NCBI GenBank assembly: GCA_951406725.2
Contig: OX597822.1
Coordinates: 35,650,001-35,714,000 of the forward strand
Length of the DNA: 64,000 nt
Direction of reading: 5' to 3'
Source of the DNA: Octopus vulgaris
Lineage: Eukaryota
Below, one piece after another: positions 25,830-38,305 of this stretch. The first letter of the stretch is position 1. Each line of letters starts with the position of its first letter. Below the pieces are notes generated by a model. That model was not told where the DNA came from and ran no database searches. It was given only the letters and a program-made list of their open reading frames with translations. The translations under genes were made by a program, and so were the position numbers.

Positions 25830-26520
25830 AAAGAGGTAATCAATAAGACTATTTAAGGTTAATGAAAAGAAATTTGGACATATGTTTACAAGAGAAACTC
25901 TTTCATCTCTCCAATTTAAGATAGAATCATTAATTTTCATAATTATATAAGACTCTTCAAAGCATAAAAAGCACGTTCTATTTCTAATCCTATAAAAGGG
26001 AGCAAAAGAAACAATATAAGAAATTGAGAAATTGATGTTGTCTCTTTTAAGTTGCCATACCTTTTTTGGATAAACTAGTACTACTTTCTTTCCGAGGATC
26101 ATTAAAAGATGATTTATGATTATTCAAACGTAATTTAAAGAGGGTTTACGTGCACCCTGTATAATGAAACCTAGAAAGATCATGTGTTGTAATAGTAGCT
26201 TTATATACATCTTTCATTTTACAATTACCTTTAACCTCACAGGTGCTAGGGATTCTACAGTTACAATTGTTACTAATATTAGACGTACTATTGTTATGTG
26301 TATGTGTGTTGATAGAGGAAGAGTTTGTATGAGTATGGGAATCGTTAGTGGAATATACAGAGCTATTTGAATAATTGGGGTTACTATAAGTTGTAGAGGA
26401 GGTAAAATTCTTGTAGTAAAGATTTAGATTTCTGTTGTTAAAGGAACAAATAATCCCAAATAAGTTAGGAGACTTGCATATCCCAGCATACCTAGATTTA
26501 TTAAAATTTGATAAATAGAT
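25830..26520 (-). pseudogene. Penelope-like retroelement C-terminal GIY-YIG endonuclease fragment (one stop, one frameshift)
   Basis: Hand translation: ...CNCRIPSTCEVKGNCKMKDVYKATITTHDLSRFHYTGCT*TLFKLRLNNHKSSFNDPRKESSTSLSKK/VWQLKRDNINFSISYIVSFAPFYRIRNRTCFLCFEESYIIMKINDSILNWRDE; Cys cluster, VY..YTG (GIY-YIG equivalent), R..NH, and CxLCxEE. Confidence 0.85.
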
Positions 26521-26605
26521 GTTGACATCATAACGAAGTTATAAATTCTTATAACACTAACATCAATTTTCAAAACGGAGAATAGAATTCGAAAAATTGC
26601 TTTGG

Positions 26606-26668
26606 TATAGTGCCAGAACGCCTGTCATGTCTACAGAAGATGTGGGTTCGAGTCCTGCTGTCAGACTT
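26606..26668 (+). other. tRNA-like sequence (SINE head or tRNA pseudogene)
   Basis: A-box TGGTATAGTG and B-box GGTTCGAGTCC; cloverleaf pairing imperfect. Confidence 0.5.
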
Positions 26669-26810
26669 TCACCATTTCTATCCAAAAGGGGTTTTCAGCC
26701 CAATATTTACATCCTGTCATTTATAACTGTATATGTACTTTGAGAGTTAATTCCAGCGTGTATATATGTATGTATACATATATATATATATAAATATATA
26801 CATATAAATA

Positions 26811-26859
<49 letters not shown>

Positions 26860-26994
26860 TTATATATACATATATATATACATATATATATACGTACATA
26901 TATATACATGCATGTACATATACATATATATATACATATATATACATATATATATGCATATATATACATATATATATGCATATATATACATATA

Positions 26995-27374
26995 CTAGCA
27001 GTATCGCCCGGCGTTGCTCAGGTTTGTAAGGAAAATAACTATAAAGCATTTTTAGAGAGTTATAGCCAAAAAATAGCAAAAAAATGGAAAAAAAATGATG
27101 GTAAATTTTTTGAGAGTTAAAAAAGGTGGAGTTGCGTCCCCTAGACGGTCTGTGGTTTGGGTTTCTGATTCTCGACCCCATGTCGAATTTATCGATTTTT
27201 TCAGAACTGGGGGAACTTTTCAAAATTTTCGCTGCGTTAGTTTTGAATTATGACATTGGGCTATGTGTGTGTCAAGTTTCATCAGAATCGGTTGAAAGCC
27301 GTGGTCAGAGTGAGGGTACAACCAAACAGACACACAGAAACACACACAGACAAACTGCCGTTTATATATAGAGA
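26995..27374 (-). mobile_element. Non-autonomous Helitron
   Basis: On the minus strand: 5' TC, short GT-rich tract, subterminal CC.GAGCAACGCCGGG hairpin-like motif, 3' CTAG; same family as 44465-44840. Confidence 0.75.
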
Positions 27375-27512
27375 GATATACATATATATATGCATATATA
27401 TACATATACATATATATACATATATGAACATATATATATGTATATATATATGTATATATATATATATGTATATATGTATATATATATGTATATATGTATA
27501 TATATATATGTA

Positions 27513-27569
<57 letters not shown>

Positions 27570-27808
27570 TATATATATATATACATAAATAATACATAAA
27601 TATATATATACATAGTGTATATACATATACACTATATGGATAACTCTAGTGCTAAAAATAGCTCCGAAGCAACCACAGAAGATCCGTTTCCAACTAGAAT
27701 CAACACACATTTAACTGAAGGAAAGTGAAATGCAACGAATAAAATAGATTAACTCTATACAATTGTTTTTGACGCCCGAATCGATCTAATTAATTGCATT
27801 TCTGACAA

Positions 27809-27884
27809 ACTCTACCGAAGATTTATGGATGCAAGTGTAAGTAAAACTACATATTGCATTAGTAATGAAACAATTGTATAGAGT
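27809..27884 (+). ncRNA. Type I HHR motif with long stem II (U4->C variant), copy 1
   Basis: ACTCTA-CCGAAGA-[..ATGCAA.TGTA..TACA.TTGCAT..]-GAAA-CAATTG-TA-TAGAGT. Confidence 0.72.
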
Positions 27885-28301
27885 CAATCTATTTTATTCG
27901 TTGTATTTCACTTTCCTTCAGTTAAATGTGTGTTGATTCTAGTTGGAAACGGATCTTCTGTGGTTGCTTCGGAGCTATTTTTAGCACTAGAGTTATCCAC
28001 ATAGTGGATAATTCTCTAATAATTTATGTATAAATTTGTATTTTCTCCGTAGTTTTTTGTGCTAAGCCACTTGGTGTTAAATTGACGGTATTATTAAATT
28101 AATATCGATTTTTCACCCTCATTTATAATTTTATAAATTTAACCATGCGGCAGTTAATATTTTATTTGATGCGGCATACGTTTCCAATGGAGTCTAGGCA
28201 TGCTTTTGGCGCGGAATTTGAGACATAACTAAAAATGTAATTGGTTGGACCGCTCGTGTTTTTGACGCCCGAATCGATCTAATTAATTGCATTTCTGACA
28301 A

Positions 28302-28377
28302 ACTCTACCGAAGATTTATGGATGCAAGTGTAAGTAAAACTACATATTGCATTAGTAATGAAACAATTGTATAGAGT
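28302..28377 (+). ncRNA. Type I HHR motif, copy 2
   Basis: Same sequence as 27809-27884, 493 nt downstream. Confidence 0.72.
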
Positions 28378-28628
28378 CAATCTATTTTATTCGTTGTATT
28401 TCACTTTCCTTCAGTTAAATGTGTGTTGATTCTAGTTGGAAACGGATCTTCTGTGGTTGCTTCGGAGCTATTTTTAGCACTAGAGTTATCCACATAGTGG
28501 ATAACTCTCTAATAATTTATGTATAAATTTGTATTTTCTCCGTATTTTTTTTTTTGTGCTAAGCCACTTGGTGTTAAATTGACGGTATTATTAAATTAAT
28601 ATCGATTTTTCACCCTCATTTATAATTT

Positions 28629-28672
<44 letters not shown>

Positions 28673-29619
28673 TATATGTATTATGTACTCTACTTGCATA
28701 GAACATACATATTGCCATATATCTGAAATCTAATGTTTTCTCTTTCCGCAATAGGTTGTGAGTGTTTTCTTATTTTTTAATTTAACTATAGAAAAAATAA
28801 ATCTCATTTCCGTCTATAAACGGTTCTGTGCATTTTTTTTAAACTGCCATTTTCATGAACAATTTAAACAGTCACACTAAACTTCAGAATCATAAAAGGT
28901 AGCGTGAAGAATAAGTTACTTCTTGCATCACTTGAATATTACAATTATTAATCTTTTAATTTGACTGCTATAGAATCATGCAAAATATTCATAGAATTCT
29001 CGAAATTGATGTTATTGCTATTTACAGCAAAAAACATATATGAGATTCAGTGCAGTCACAAACTCTAGCTTCGTAAATCGAGGCCTTTGAAATATCAACG
29101 TCTTTCATTTATTTATTTTTCTTTAACGTTTGTAACCATTCCATTTCATTTATTACGCAAATTTATTTTAGAAGGCAAAAAAAATGAAGGCCACATGATC
29201 TCCTTTCTTCTCAATCGGAAACTTTGTGTTCCTATGTTAGAAATCAATATTACACCATCACGTTTTGCTATCTGAACATTACTGATCAAACAAAAGCCTA
29301 AAATAAACATGTTTGTGCGTATATTTATTTATGTGTGTATGTGTGTATATGTATGTGTACATATGTGTTTGTGTTTATGTACGTGTGCATGTATGTATGC
29401 GCGTTTGTGAATGTATTTGTGTGCGTATGTATTTTTGTATACGTTAGTTGTTTTGTCTTCCTCTGATTGCGATTTTCTGTTTTATCAATCGACTGTCACT
29501 ATAATCCAATTACTCAGATGTGTGTACATTGTTTCTTCATAGTTCTTCGCAGAACTAGATTTAAATCCAAAAAACATAGAACCCCGTCCTACTCAGAAAT
29601 CATTTCTATTATGTCAGAA

Positions 29620-30630
29620 TCGTTTTTACTTTAAGGATGGGGAATTTTGGGGCTCCTGTGTGCTTGTGTTTGTCTTCATGTCAGGTGGAGTATGGAGTGG
29701 ATTGGTGTCTGTAGGGAGTGGTTGGGGTAGAGTGGGTGTTGGTGTGGGCTAGGTGAGTTGGTTGGAGGTCATCCTTTACCGCGTGTATCCTCCTCCTTTT
29801 TCTTTTCTTCTCCTCTATCTCCCAGCTGTCGTTTGACTCCTCTTCCTCGATTCTAGTAGTTGTCTTCATCTGTCGTGCCATATCCTTTTCCTCCACGGGC
29901 TGTGGAGCCCCTACCACTTTCACTCTCTCCTGAGCCTTTTCTTGTGGTCTGCAAGACCACCACGTTCTCCTCAATGCCCAGCAGTACGGCAGCCACCAGC
30001 CAGGCTACATTTACTTCTGGTGGTATGTCCTCCCAAGGTACACAGGTAGCGGTACTACCTCATCCGTTTCCAACGGTGTGGCCGAGTACAGTTTAGCAGT
30101 TACTATCTCTCTAAACTGCACCTCCACCATTCCATATTTCCGTCCCCTGGCAAGGTATGATATTTCCTGCTAGATTGACGTTAGTGCCTTTTCCACCTGT
30201 GCCTCCGACACCACTTCAATTTTCCTTGCTTCCACTGCGTAGGTTCTGTAGACAATCGCCCTTTCTTCCTTATCCTTTAATACTTCTTTGGCGGTGAGGG
30301 GGACAACTTTACATCGTCCCCCCTCCCTTTCAAGCATTTCCTTAAACTAACTCAACTCCTCCAGATTAACTTCCCCATTTTTTTTCCTTTAGCCGCAGCT
30401 GCATAGTTCCTAATTTCCATCTCCTTGTCTATATTTTTCAAGCATTCCACCAACTCCTCCTCAGACGAATCGAATTCTGGGGAAGAATACTTTAACTTCT
30501 CATAACTCCTCGTTCGACACCCCTCCATCACAGAAGAGGGAAAACGTCACAGCCAAAAAAAACATGCACAGCCAAAACACACGTCCGACTCGCTCAAAAC
30601 CAACAAACCAAATGAATCTTGGGAAACCGA
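29620..30630 (-). mobile_element. Decayed ORF1 (gag-like)-only retroelement, copy 1 (internally deleted)
   Basis: Colinear with 31171-32460 in the 5' leader, the IVYRTY / YLARG..GxxEVQ / VAAVLLGIEE coding remnants and the 3' end. Confidence 0.7.
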
Positions 30631-31170
30631 AAGTGAGTTTCTTTATTTCATGGAAATTGGACATAAAGGCCTTAGATAGAGGGGACAGCACAAGGTGGGG
30701 ACAAGGAAAAACAAAACGAATGGAATTAATGAAATTATACAATGAAAGATGAAATGAAGCCGCTCGGCCCCACCTTCGAGCCTCTTCATTGAACCCTTTG
30801 CAACACCATTTACATTAACCTTTTGCAACAACTAATTTATACAACACTTTTTTTAATTACATTAATTTAAAATACCAATAATCCTGCTTTTGTAACAGCT
30901 AGTTTTCTTTTTTAGACAAAACGTTTGTCGTATATTTTTTTAATATAAACAGGTCTTATCAAGTCTGCCATTGTTCTGGTATCTATCCTCTTGGTCATAA
31001 TCGCATTCTTCCTCGTAATCCATTAATTTTACAAGGCACCCCAGGTATACCATCACACAGCGCAAATGCCCGGGTAACACCCTTACTTTTGTTAAATCCA
31101 CCTTAATAATTCCATTCTACGAGTTTATCTCGTTATCAAGATTTTCATTTTCTCCGTCATATAATATTAC

Positions 31171-32460
31171 ATTTTTTTTATTACCGGTAAAGGGTGGGGA
31201 AATTTTGGGCTTCTGTATGTTGCAATTGTTCTTTTGTTTTTGGGTTTTTTTTTGTCAAACTAGGCATAGGAATGGTTGGTGTCTGTAGGGAGTGGCTGGG
31301 GTAGAGTGGGTGTCGGTGAGGGCTGGGTGGGTGTGGGTTGTGGTCATTTTTTACCCTATGTGTCTTTCTCCTCTTCCTGCTTTTCTCCACCATTTCCCAG
31401 CTAGTATTCGATTTTTCCTCCCTCTCGACACTGGTGCCTGTCTTCATCTGTGGTGCCTCATCTCTTTCTTCTTCCTCCACGGTCAGTGGAGCGTCAATCA
31501 CTTTTTCGTTCTGTATCACCTATCTTTTTCTTGTAGTGGTGGACACTCCGCTCTAATGTGGCCTTTCAGGATGCATTTATTGCATCGCAGAATCCACTCT
31601 TCCACTCTGACCTTTAATACTGTCTCTCCAACTGTGATAATCTCGACCATTCTTTTCGCTGTCCTCCTCCGCGATTTGTACCACTATGTTAAGGGTTTGT
31701 CTCTTCCAGATCCTGTTAGGTGTTCTGGTTGCCTGTAGTACCACCACCTTCTCCTCCATTCCGAGTAATATAGCAGCCACCAGCCAGGCTACATCCATTA
31801 CTGAGAGTATTTCCTCCACCCTAACCCTAGAAGCACGCCACCTCCCTAGGTATACGGGTAGAAGAACTACCTCATTCGTTTCAGGGGTGTTGCTGAATGC
31901 AACCTGGCGGTAGCTACCTTTTCAGACTGCACCTCAATTGTTCCAAATCTTTTGCCTCTGGCAAGGTACGAAATCTCTTGCCAGACTGGTCTCAAGGCCT
32001 TTTCAATCTGTGTCGTATTCATGTTTTCAAATTTTCCAGCTGCCATTGAATATGTTCTATAAACTATCATTCTTCCTGCTTTTTTCCTTTAAGACTTCTT
32101 CGGGGGGGTGGATGCCTTCACTTCGATCCCTTCCCTTTTCAGCATTCTCTTGTACTTGTTTACGTCCTCCAACCTTATTTCTTCGCACTTCTCCGTCGCT
32201 GCAGCATAGCTTCTTTCTTCCAAAGTTTTGACTATCTTATCCATGCACTCCACCATCTCCTCTTCTGACGACATATATTCCAAGGAAGGGCAGCCTTCAA
32301 TGCTCGAAACAGAGCGACTCAAAACTTCACAACTTCTTGTTCGACGTCCCTCCATCTCAAGAGGAAAAACGTCACACAGTCAAAAAACACGCACAGCCAA
32401 AAAATGATCCGTCTCGCTCAAAACCAACAAGCCAAAGGAATCCTAAGAAACCGGAAGCAA
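31171..32460 (-). mobile_element. Decayed ORF1-only non-LTR retroelement with a CCHC zinc knuckle
   Basis: 31543-31584(-) encodes CNKCILKGHIRAEC (CX2CX4HX4C); upstream RSYAAA and YLARGKRFGTIEV resemble L1/Tx1 ORF1; ends in AATAAAAAAA without ORF2. Confidence 0.75.
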
Positions 32461-33979
32461 TCTTCTTACCACACAACTATGCCTGGGTTAATATCTTTAA
32501 AATTCACGTGATACTGTTTATGAGCAACTGGGCTAATTTCAATGGTCAGCCTGTTTGGTATAACCAGTGGACATTAAATTGCTTTTTAAAAAAAAACAAG
32601 CATATGAATGACCTTCGGTAAAATGTCAACATCTTATAACAGACCCGACTACAAAATATCGTGTTTCGCACATGCGTGGCTGTGTGGTAAGAAGCTTGCT
32701 TCCCAACCACATAGTTTCGGGTTTAGTCTCTGCATGGTACCTTTGGCACGTTTCTTTTACTATAGTCGCGGGCCGACCACAACCGCGTGAGAGAATTTTG
32801 TAGATGGAAACCGAAAGATCTTTGAACTAAACAAAAACTATATTTCTTGTTTATGGAAGTCAGCAAACAAATTATTTGCTGATATGTACTAATGTCTGCC
32901 AAGTTGACAATAAATTATCATGCGCACGTAAAACAGCCAGGATCAAAACGATGATATATATACTTATTCTTAACACGTTCCGGGGGATTTGAACGGGAAT
33001 ATTTTAAATGATACTATATTTCACCTTGAAAGAAAAACTTCTTTCAAAAAAAATGTTCTGACAATACACTCGATTCAGTGATTCAGGAAAACTTTGTTGA
33101 CGTTTTAGTCTTGATACAGTATTGTATTCGGCTTGTATTCAACAATGGTGCACTATAGATTAAATCTCTCGTATCATTCAGATGTTAGACAAAGATAATT
33201 TCATATTCTCGAGAATGGGGATTTATTCAACGAGATTATGTCTTTCATCATCCGATATACAGCTTTTGACTTAGAAACAAACGTATTTAATGATGATTTC
33301 TTCTTGCAGCTGTTTTGGGTACTGAAGATTTTCATTCAACGTGTTTAGTTCATGTTTTAAGACTTATCAATTTACCCTCGGCAGTATGAAATCTTGCGTC
33401 CCTAAATATTTTAGTTAGTCTTTTTTTTTCTTTCGCATACAATGTAATTGTTGTGTGGTGTGTAGCTGGTTATTTTTATATCTCATTCATTATCATGGTA
33501 TCGAAATGTCTAGCTGTGCAATGGAGATTGTTTACATGTTTTTTTCTCGTTTTGTTATTCGTTTGTGTGGCTTTACGTTGGAAAATTTCATTATCACAAA
33601 CTTTGTACATAACTCCTAGATGTTCCAGTGTGATAGCAGCTGTGCACACAGAGACATTGTATTATATGCGTATGTATGTTTGTAGGTATGCATATATGTA
33701 TACTTGTACAGATGTATGTATTAATGTATATATATCTAGATATGTGTGTGTATATATATATAGATATGTATATATATCTAGATATGTGTGTCTATATATA
33801 TATAGATATATACGAGAAAGAAGCAACAAGAATGGATTAGTTTTATATATATAGATATATATGTGTGTGTGTGTGTATGTATGTGTGTGTGAGTGTGTGT
33901 GTGTACACATGCAAGCATGTATGTATGCCCGCATGCATACTTACATGCGTGCATATATTATTATGAATGCATGCTTGCA

Positions 33980-34140
33980 GGTAGGTAAGTAGGTACTTAG
34001 GTATGTATGTAGGTAGGTAGGTAGGTATGTAGGTAGGTAGGTAGGTAGGTAGGTAGGTAGGTAGGTAGGTAGGTAGGTAGGTAGGCAGGTAGGTAGGTAG
34101 GTAGGTAGGTAGGTAGGTAGGTAGGTAAGTAGGTAGGTAA
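33980..34140. repeat. (GGTA)n microsatellite
   Basis: Read directly. Confidence 0.95.
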
Positions 34141-34866
34141 ATCACAAGCATACCATATCAGGTGCGGATGTGTTTTAACATATACAAAAGTACATACACA
34201 CACATACACACACGCATACATATATATACACATACACATGTGTGTGTATTTGCATACTGATACACACTCACATACACACTGTAACACTGCTGTATATATT
34301 TGTATGTGTGTGTTTCCATATATGCACACGTGTGTACAAGCAATTATTAAGTGCTAAACTTCTGGAATGTTTTACATGTTTTCACAGTGCCATTGACGAG
34401 TTTTTATTGTAACTACTTAATTAGTCGTGTTTTTACTAGATTCGCGAACCCAAACTTCACCTGATTCGTTACAAGGAAATTAAGTACATCTCCAAGTATT
34501 CCAATAATTATTAACATCAATAAAAAATTTTACCTACATCTCTATTCCTTTTACACAACAGGTAGTTTGTTGTTATTTCCTGTTTCTGGTTTGCAAATTT
34601 ATACCCTTCAAAATCCGGGCTATTATACAAAAAGGATCAAAATTGATGATGTCAGATTGCATATTGTGAACTGTGGCTTCAGCTGTTGCACTAACTGCAT
34701 TGTTATACTTCATGATTTTTGGCGCATCCATTTCCACTTCTTGATCCAAGACAGCTTACTTTGGTCTTTTATTTTACTGCTACTTTGATTGTTTTCAAGA
34801 ACATAGCCATGCACCTTCCGATGATATGCAGAAAGATTTTTATTTGATAGTATGCTGCCGGTAGTA

Positions 34867-35281
34867 TGCGGTGAGCTGGCAGAAACGTTAGCACGCCGGG
34901 CGAAATGCGTAGCTGTATTTCGTCTGCCGTTACATTCTGAGTTCAAATTCAACCGAGGTCGACTTTGCCTTTCATCCTTCCGGGGTCGATTAAATAAGTA
35001 CCAGTTACGTACTGGGGTCGATATAATCGACTTATTCCGTTTGTCTGTCCTTCTTCGTCCTCTCTGTGTTTAGTCCCTTGTGGGTAGTAAAGAAATAGGT
35101 ATTTCGTCTGTCGTTACGTTCTGAGTTCAAATTCCGCCGAGGTCGACTTTGCCTTTCATTCTTACGGGGTCGATAAATTAAGTTCTAGTTGCGCACTGAG
35201 GTCGATGTAATCGACTTAATCCCTTTGTCTGTCCTTGTTTGTCCCTTCTATGTTTAGCCCCTTGTGTGCAATAAAGAAATA
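34867..35281 (+). mobile_element. Family A SINE dimer
   Basis: Two tandem units inside one 15-bp TSD, AGTATGCTGCCGGTA (34849-34863 and 35282-35296). Confidence 0.92.
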
Positions 35282-35620
35282 AGTATGCTGCCGGTACAGC
35301 TGTCTAAATTCCAAGGGGTTTGTCTTGGATCATCGGTTAGGAATACTTTGTAAACAGTTCCTTTACAACTCTTATGATATCCTTTGTCTCATACGTACTT
35401 GACCTTTGGATGCACTCCAACGCATACATACACACACACGCGCACGCACACGCACAGGCACACACACACACACACATACATATATAGCTGTTTCTATCTA
35501 CGGAGTAGCAGGTAAGTCTGCCATGTTTTCATATTTTCGTCTTCTACGTCGGTTTATACACACAGACATCCATAGACACAGACATCCACAGACACAGACA
35601 CAAACACATACTCACACATG

Positions 35621-35654
<34 letters not shown>

Positions 35655-35757
35655 CTTAATCCAAACATGAAAACACAAAGAAAAAACACAACAATGCGAG
35701 GACGTGGAACAGGTATAGTGTTATTGGACGCTCAGGAAAGGAAAGAACGAAGGAGGA

Positions 35758-35789
35758 TTTAACGTTTCGACGGGGCTTTTCGTCAGAAA
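35758..35789 (-). ncRNA. Minimal HHR-like motif in a pLTR-like repeat (~35655-35815)
   Basis: TTT-CTGACGA-A-AAGCCCCGTC-GAAA-CG-TT-AAA; stem II is decayed; homologous to 63871-63906. Confidence 0.55.
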
Positions 35790-36427
35790 CATGGGAAAAG
35801 GAAAGATCCAGACGTCACTAAGGTGATTAATGCTGCAAGTCAGCACCAGCATTGTTAGAAATAAGTCAGAACAACCCTTAGAGATGGGGAGGCACTTATC
35901 TAACAACTGCCAAGGGAGACAAGCACGCTACAGCAAGCGATCTATACTTGTGCGTTTTGGTTGAAAACTGCGAATAAGCCATCTTAATAATTTGTATATA
36001 TATATATATATATTTGTGTGTGTGCGTATGTGTTTGTGTGTGTGTGTGCGTGGGCATGTGTGTGTGTGTTCGATCTCACGTATATGTTTGGAAAGATGTG
36101 TAGAATTAAAAATACGTTTGGAATGAGTCATTTATAATTGACAGATTCTTTTCCCCGGAAAGACACAAGTGACATATCACTTATTTATATAGTGACATAT
36201 TGTGTTGCGTCCAAATTGTAAAAGAGAACAGAAGGAAAAGGAAAAACATGAAATATCTTCATACAAAATGCAGAAGATATTGTGAAAACAGTTGCTGGAA
36301 TATATTTTACGATTTTTTTCAAACTTAGACATAAATATTAATTTAAATAACAAATACGGCTATAAACTTCTATGAAACAATACTCCAGACATGTCTCTGA
36401 TGCCAATTATATATATATATTATTAAT

Positions 36428-36812
36428 GGAGGTGCAATGGCCCAGTGGTTAGGGCAGCGGACTCGCGGTCATAGGATCGCGGTTTCGATTCCCAGACCGG
36501 GCGTTGTGAGTGTTTATTGAGCGAAAACACCTAAAAGCTCCACGAGGCTCCGGCAGGGGATGGTGGTGATCCCTGCTGTACTCTTTCACCACAACCTTCT
36601 CTCAGTCTTACTTCCTGTTTCTGTTGTTACCTGTATTTCAAGGGGCCGGCCTTGTCACTCTCTGTGTCACGCTGAATATCCCCGAGAACTACGTTAAGGG
36701 TGCACGTGTCTGTGGAGTACTCAGCCACTTACACGTTAATTTCACGAGCAGGCTGTTCCGTTGATTCGGATCAACCGGAACCCTCATCGTCGTAATCGAC
36801 GGAGTGCTTCCA
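36428..36812 (+). mobile_element. Full-length family C SINE
   Basis: tRNA-like head; TSD ATATTATTAAT. Confidence 0.92.
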
Positions 36813-36842
36813 AAATATTATTAATACGATGGTTGCTGTAAA

Positions 36843-37395
36843 TCGGCGAGCGGGCAGAAACGATAGCACGTCGGGCGAAATCCTTAGCGGTATTTCGTCT
36901 GCCGTTACGTTCTGAGTTCAAATTCCGCCGAGGTCGACTTTGCATTTTATACTTTCGGGATCGATAAACTAAGTACCAGTTACACACTGGGGTCGATATA
37001 ATCGACTTAATCCGTTTGTCTGTCCTTGTTTGTCATCTCTGTGTTTAGCCCCTTGTGGGTAGTAAAGAAACAGGTATTTCGTCTGCCGTTACGTTCTGAG
37101 TTCAAATTCCGCCGAGGTCCACTTTGCCTTTCATCCTTTCGGGGTCGATTAAATAAGTACCAGTTACGCACTGGGGTCGATATAATCGACTTAATCCGTT
37201 TGTCTGTCCTTGTTTGTCCCCTCTGTGTTTAGCCCCTTGCGTGTAGTAAAGAAATAGGCATTTTGTCTGCTGTTACGTTCTCCGTTCAAATTCCGCCGGG
37301 GACAGCTTTTCAACCTTTCGCACTGGGGTCGATGTAATCGTCTTAATCCCTTTCTCTGTTATTGTTTAACCCTACCGTGCGAAATAAAGAAATAA
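36843..37395 (+). mobile_element. Family A SINE trimer
   Basis: Units restart at ~36890, ~37073 and ~37258. Confidence 0.88.
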
Positions 37396-37474
37396 ATGTT
37401 GTTGCTACTATTATTTCTTGAAGTATAATTCTCACTTGAAGTAGTCAAGTACAGATATGATATGTTACTCTTTT

Positions 37475-37856
37475 TTACTCTTTTACTTGTTGCAGTCATT
37501 TGACTGCGGCCATGCTGGAGCACCGCCTTTAGTCGAGCAAATCGGCCCCGGACTTATTCTTTGTAAGCCTAGTACTTATTCTATCGGTCTCTTTTGCCGA
37601 ACCGCTAGGTTACGGGGACGTAAACACACCACCATCGGTTGTCAAGCGATGGTGGGGGACAAACACTGGCACACAAATATATACACACACATACATATAT
37701 ACGACAGACTTCCTTCAGTTTCCGTCTACCAAATCCACTCAAGGCATTGGTCGGCCCGAGGCTATAGTAGAAGACACTTACCCAATGTGCCACGTAGTGG
37801 GAAAGAACCAGGAACCATGTGGTTGGTAAGCAAGCTACTTACCACACAGCCACTCC

Positions 37857-37857
<1 letters not shown>
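37475..37857 (-). mobile_element. Family B SINE
   Basis: Reverse complement of 6159-6580. Confidence 0.88.
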
Positions 37858-37894
<37 letters not shown>

Positions 37895-38124
37895 TGGACG
37901 GATTGTTTGTTTTTCTTTTTCTATATACCAATGAGACAGCGTTCATGATTTCAAAACGAAACCTGTTGAGATTCTAAAGATTGAATATGTCAAAGGTTAA
38001 GACTATTTGGACTAAATGCGATTCAGGATAACTTGTTCGCGACACTTGTAGAAGATCGAAAGAGAGTAATAGGCGCTACCCTTCCTCCTGTCACAGAGAC
38101 ATGAATTCTATTCTTAATAAGAGC

Positions 38125-38271
38125 AGGCATAGTTTTGTATGCTTTGCAACCACATGATTTCAGGTTCAGTCCCACTGCACGGCAATTTTGACAAGTGTCT
38201 TCTGTTATAGCTCTGGGCCGACCTTAGCCTTATGAGTGAATTTAGTTGAATGAAACTATGTGGAAGCTGTC

Positions 38272-38305
<34 letters not shown>

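Larger units (their letters stand above)
27630..28631 (+). mobile_element. HHR-bearing non-autonomous Penelope-like/retrozyme-like element: inverted piece, repeat, spacer, repeat
   Basis: 27630-27768 is the reverse complement of 27868-28006; 27764-28134 repeats at 28257-28631 (offset 493); TA-rich microsatellite on both sides. Confidence 0.85.

Noticed and set aside
36428-36500. Apparent tRNA gene
   Set aside because: It continues into a ~310-nt SINE body, is bounded by a TSD and has several copies, so it is a SINE head
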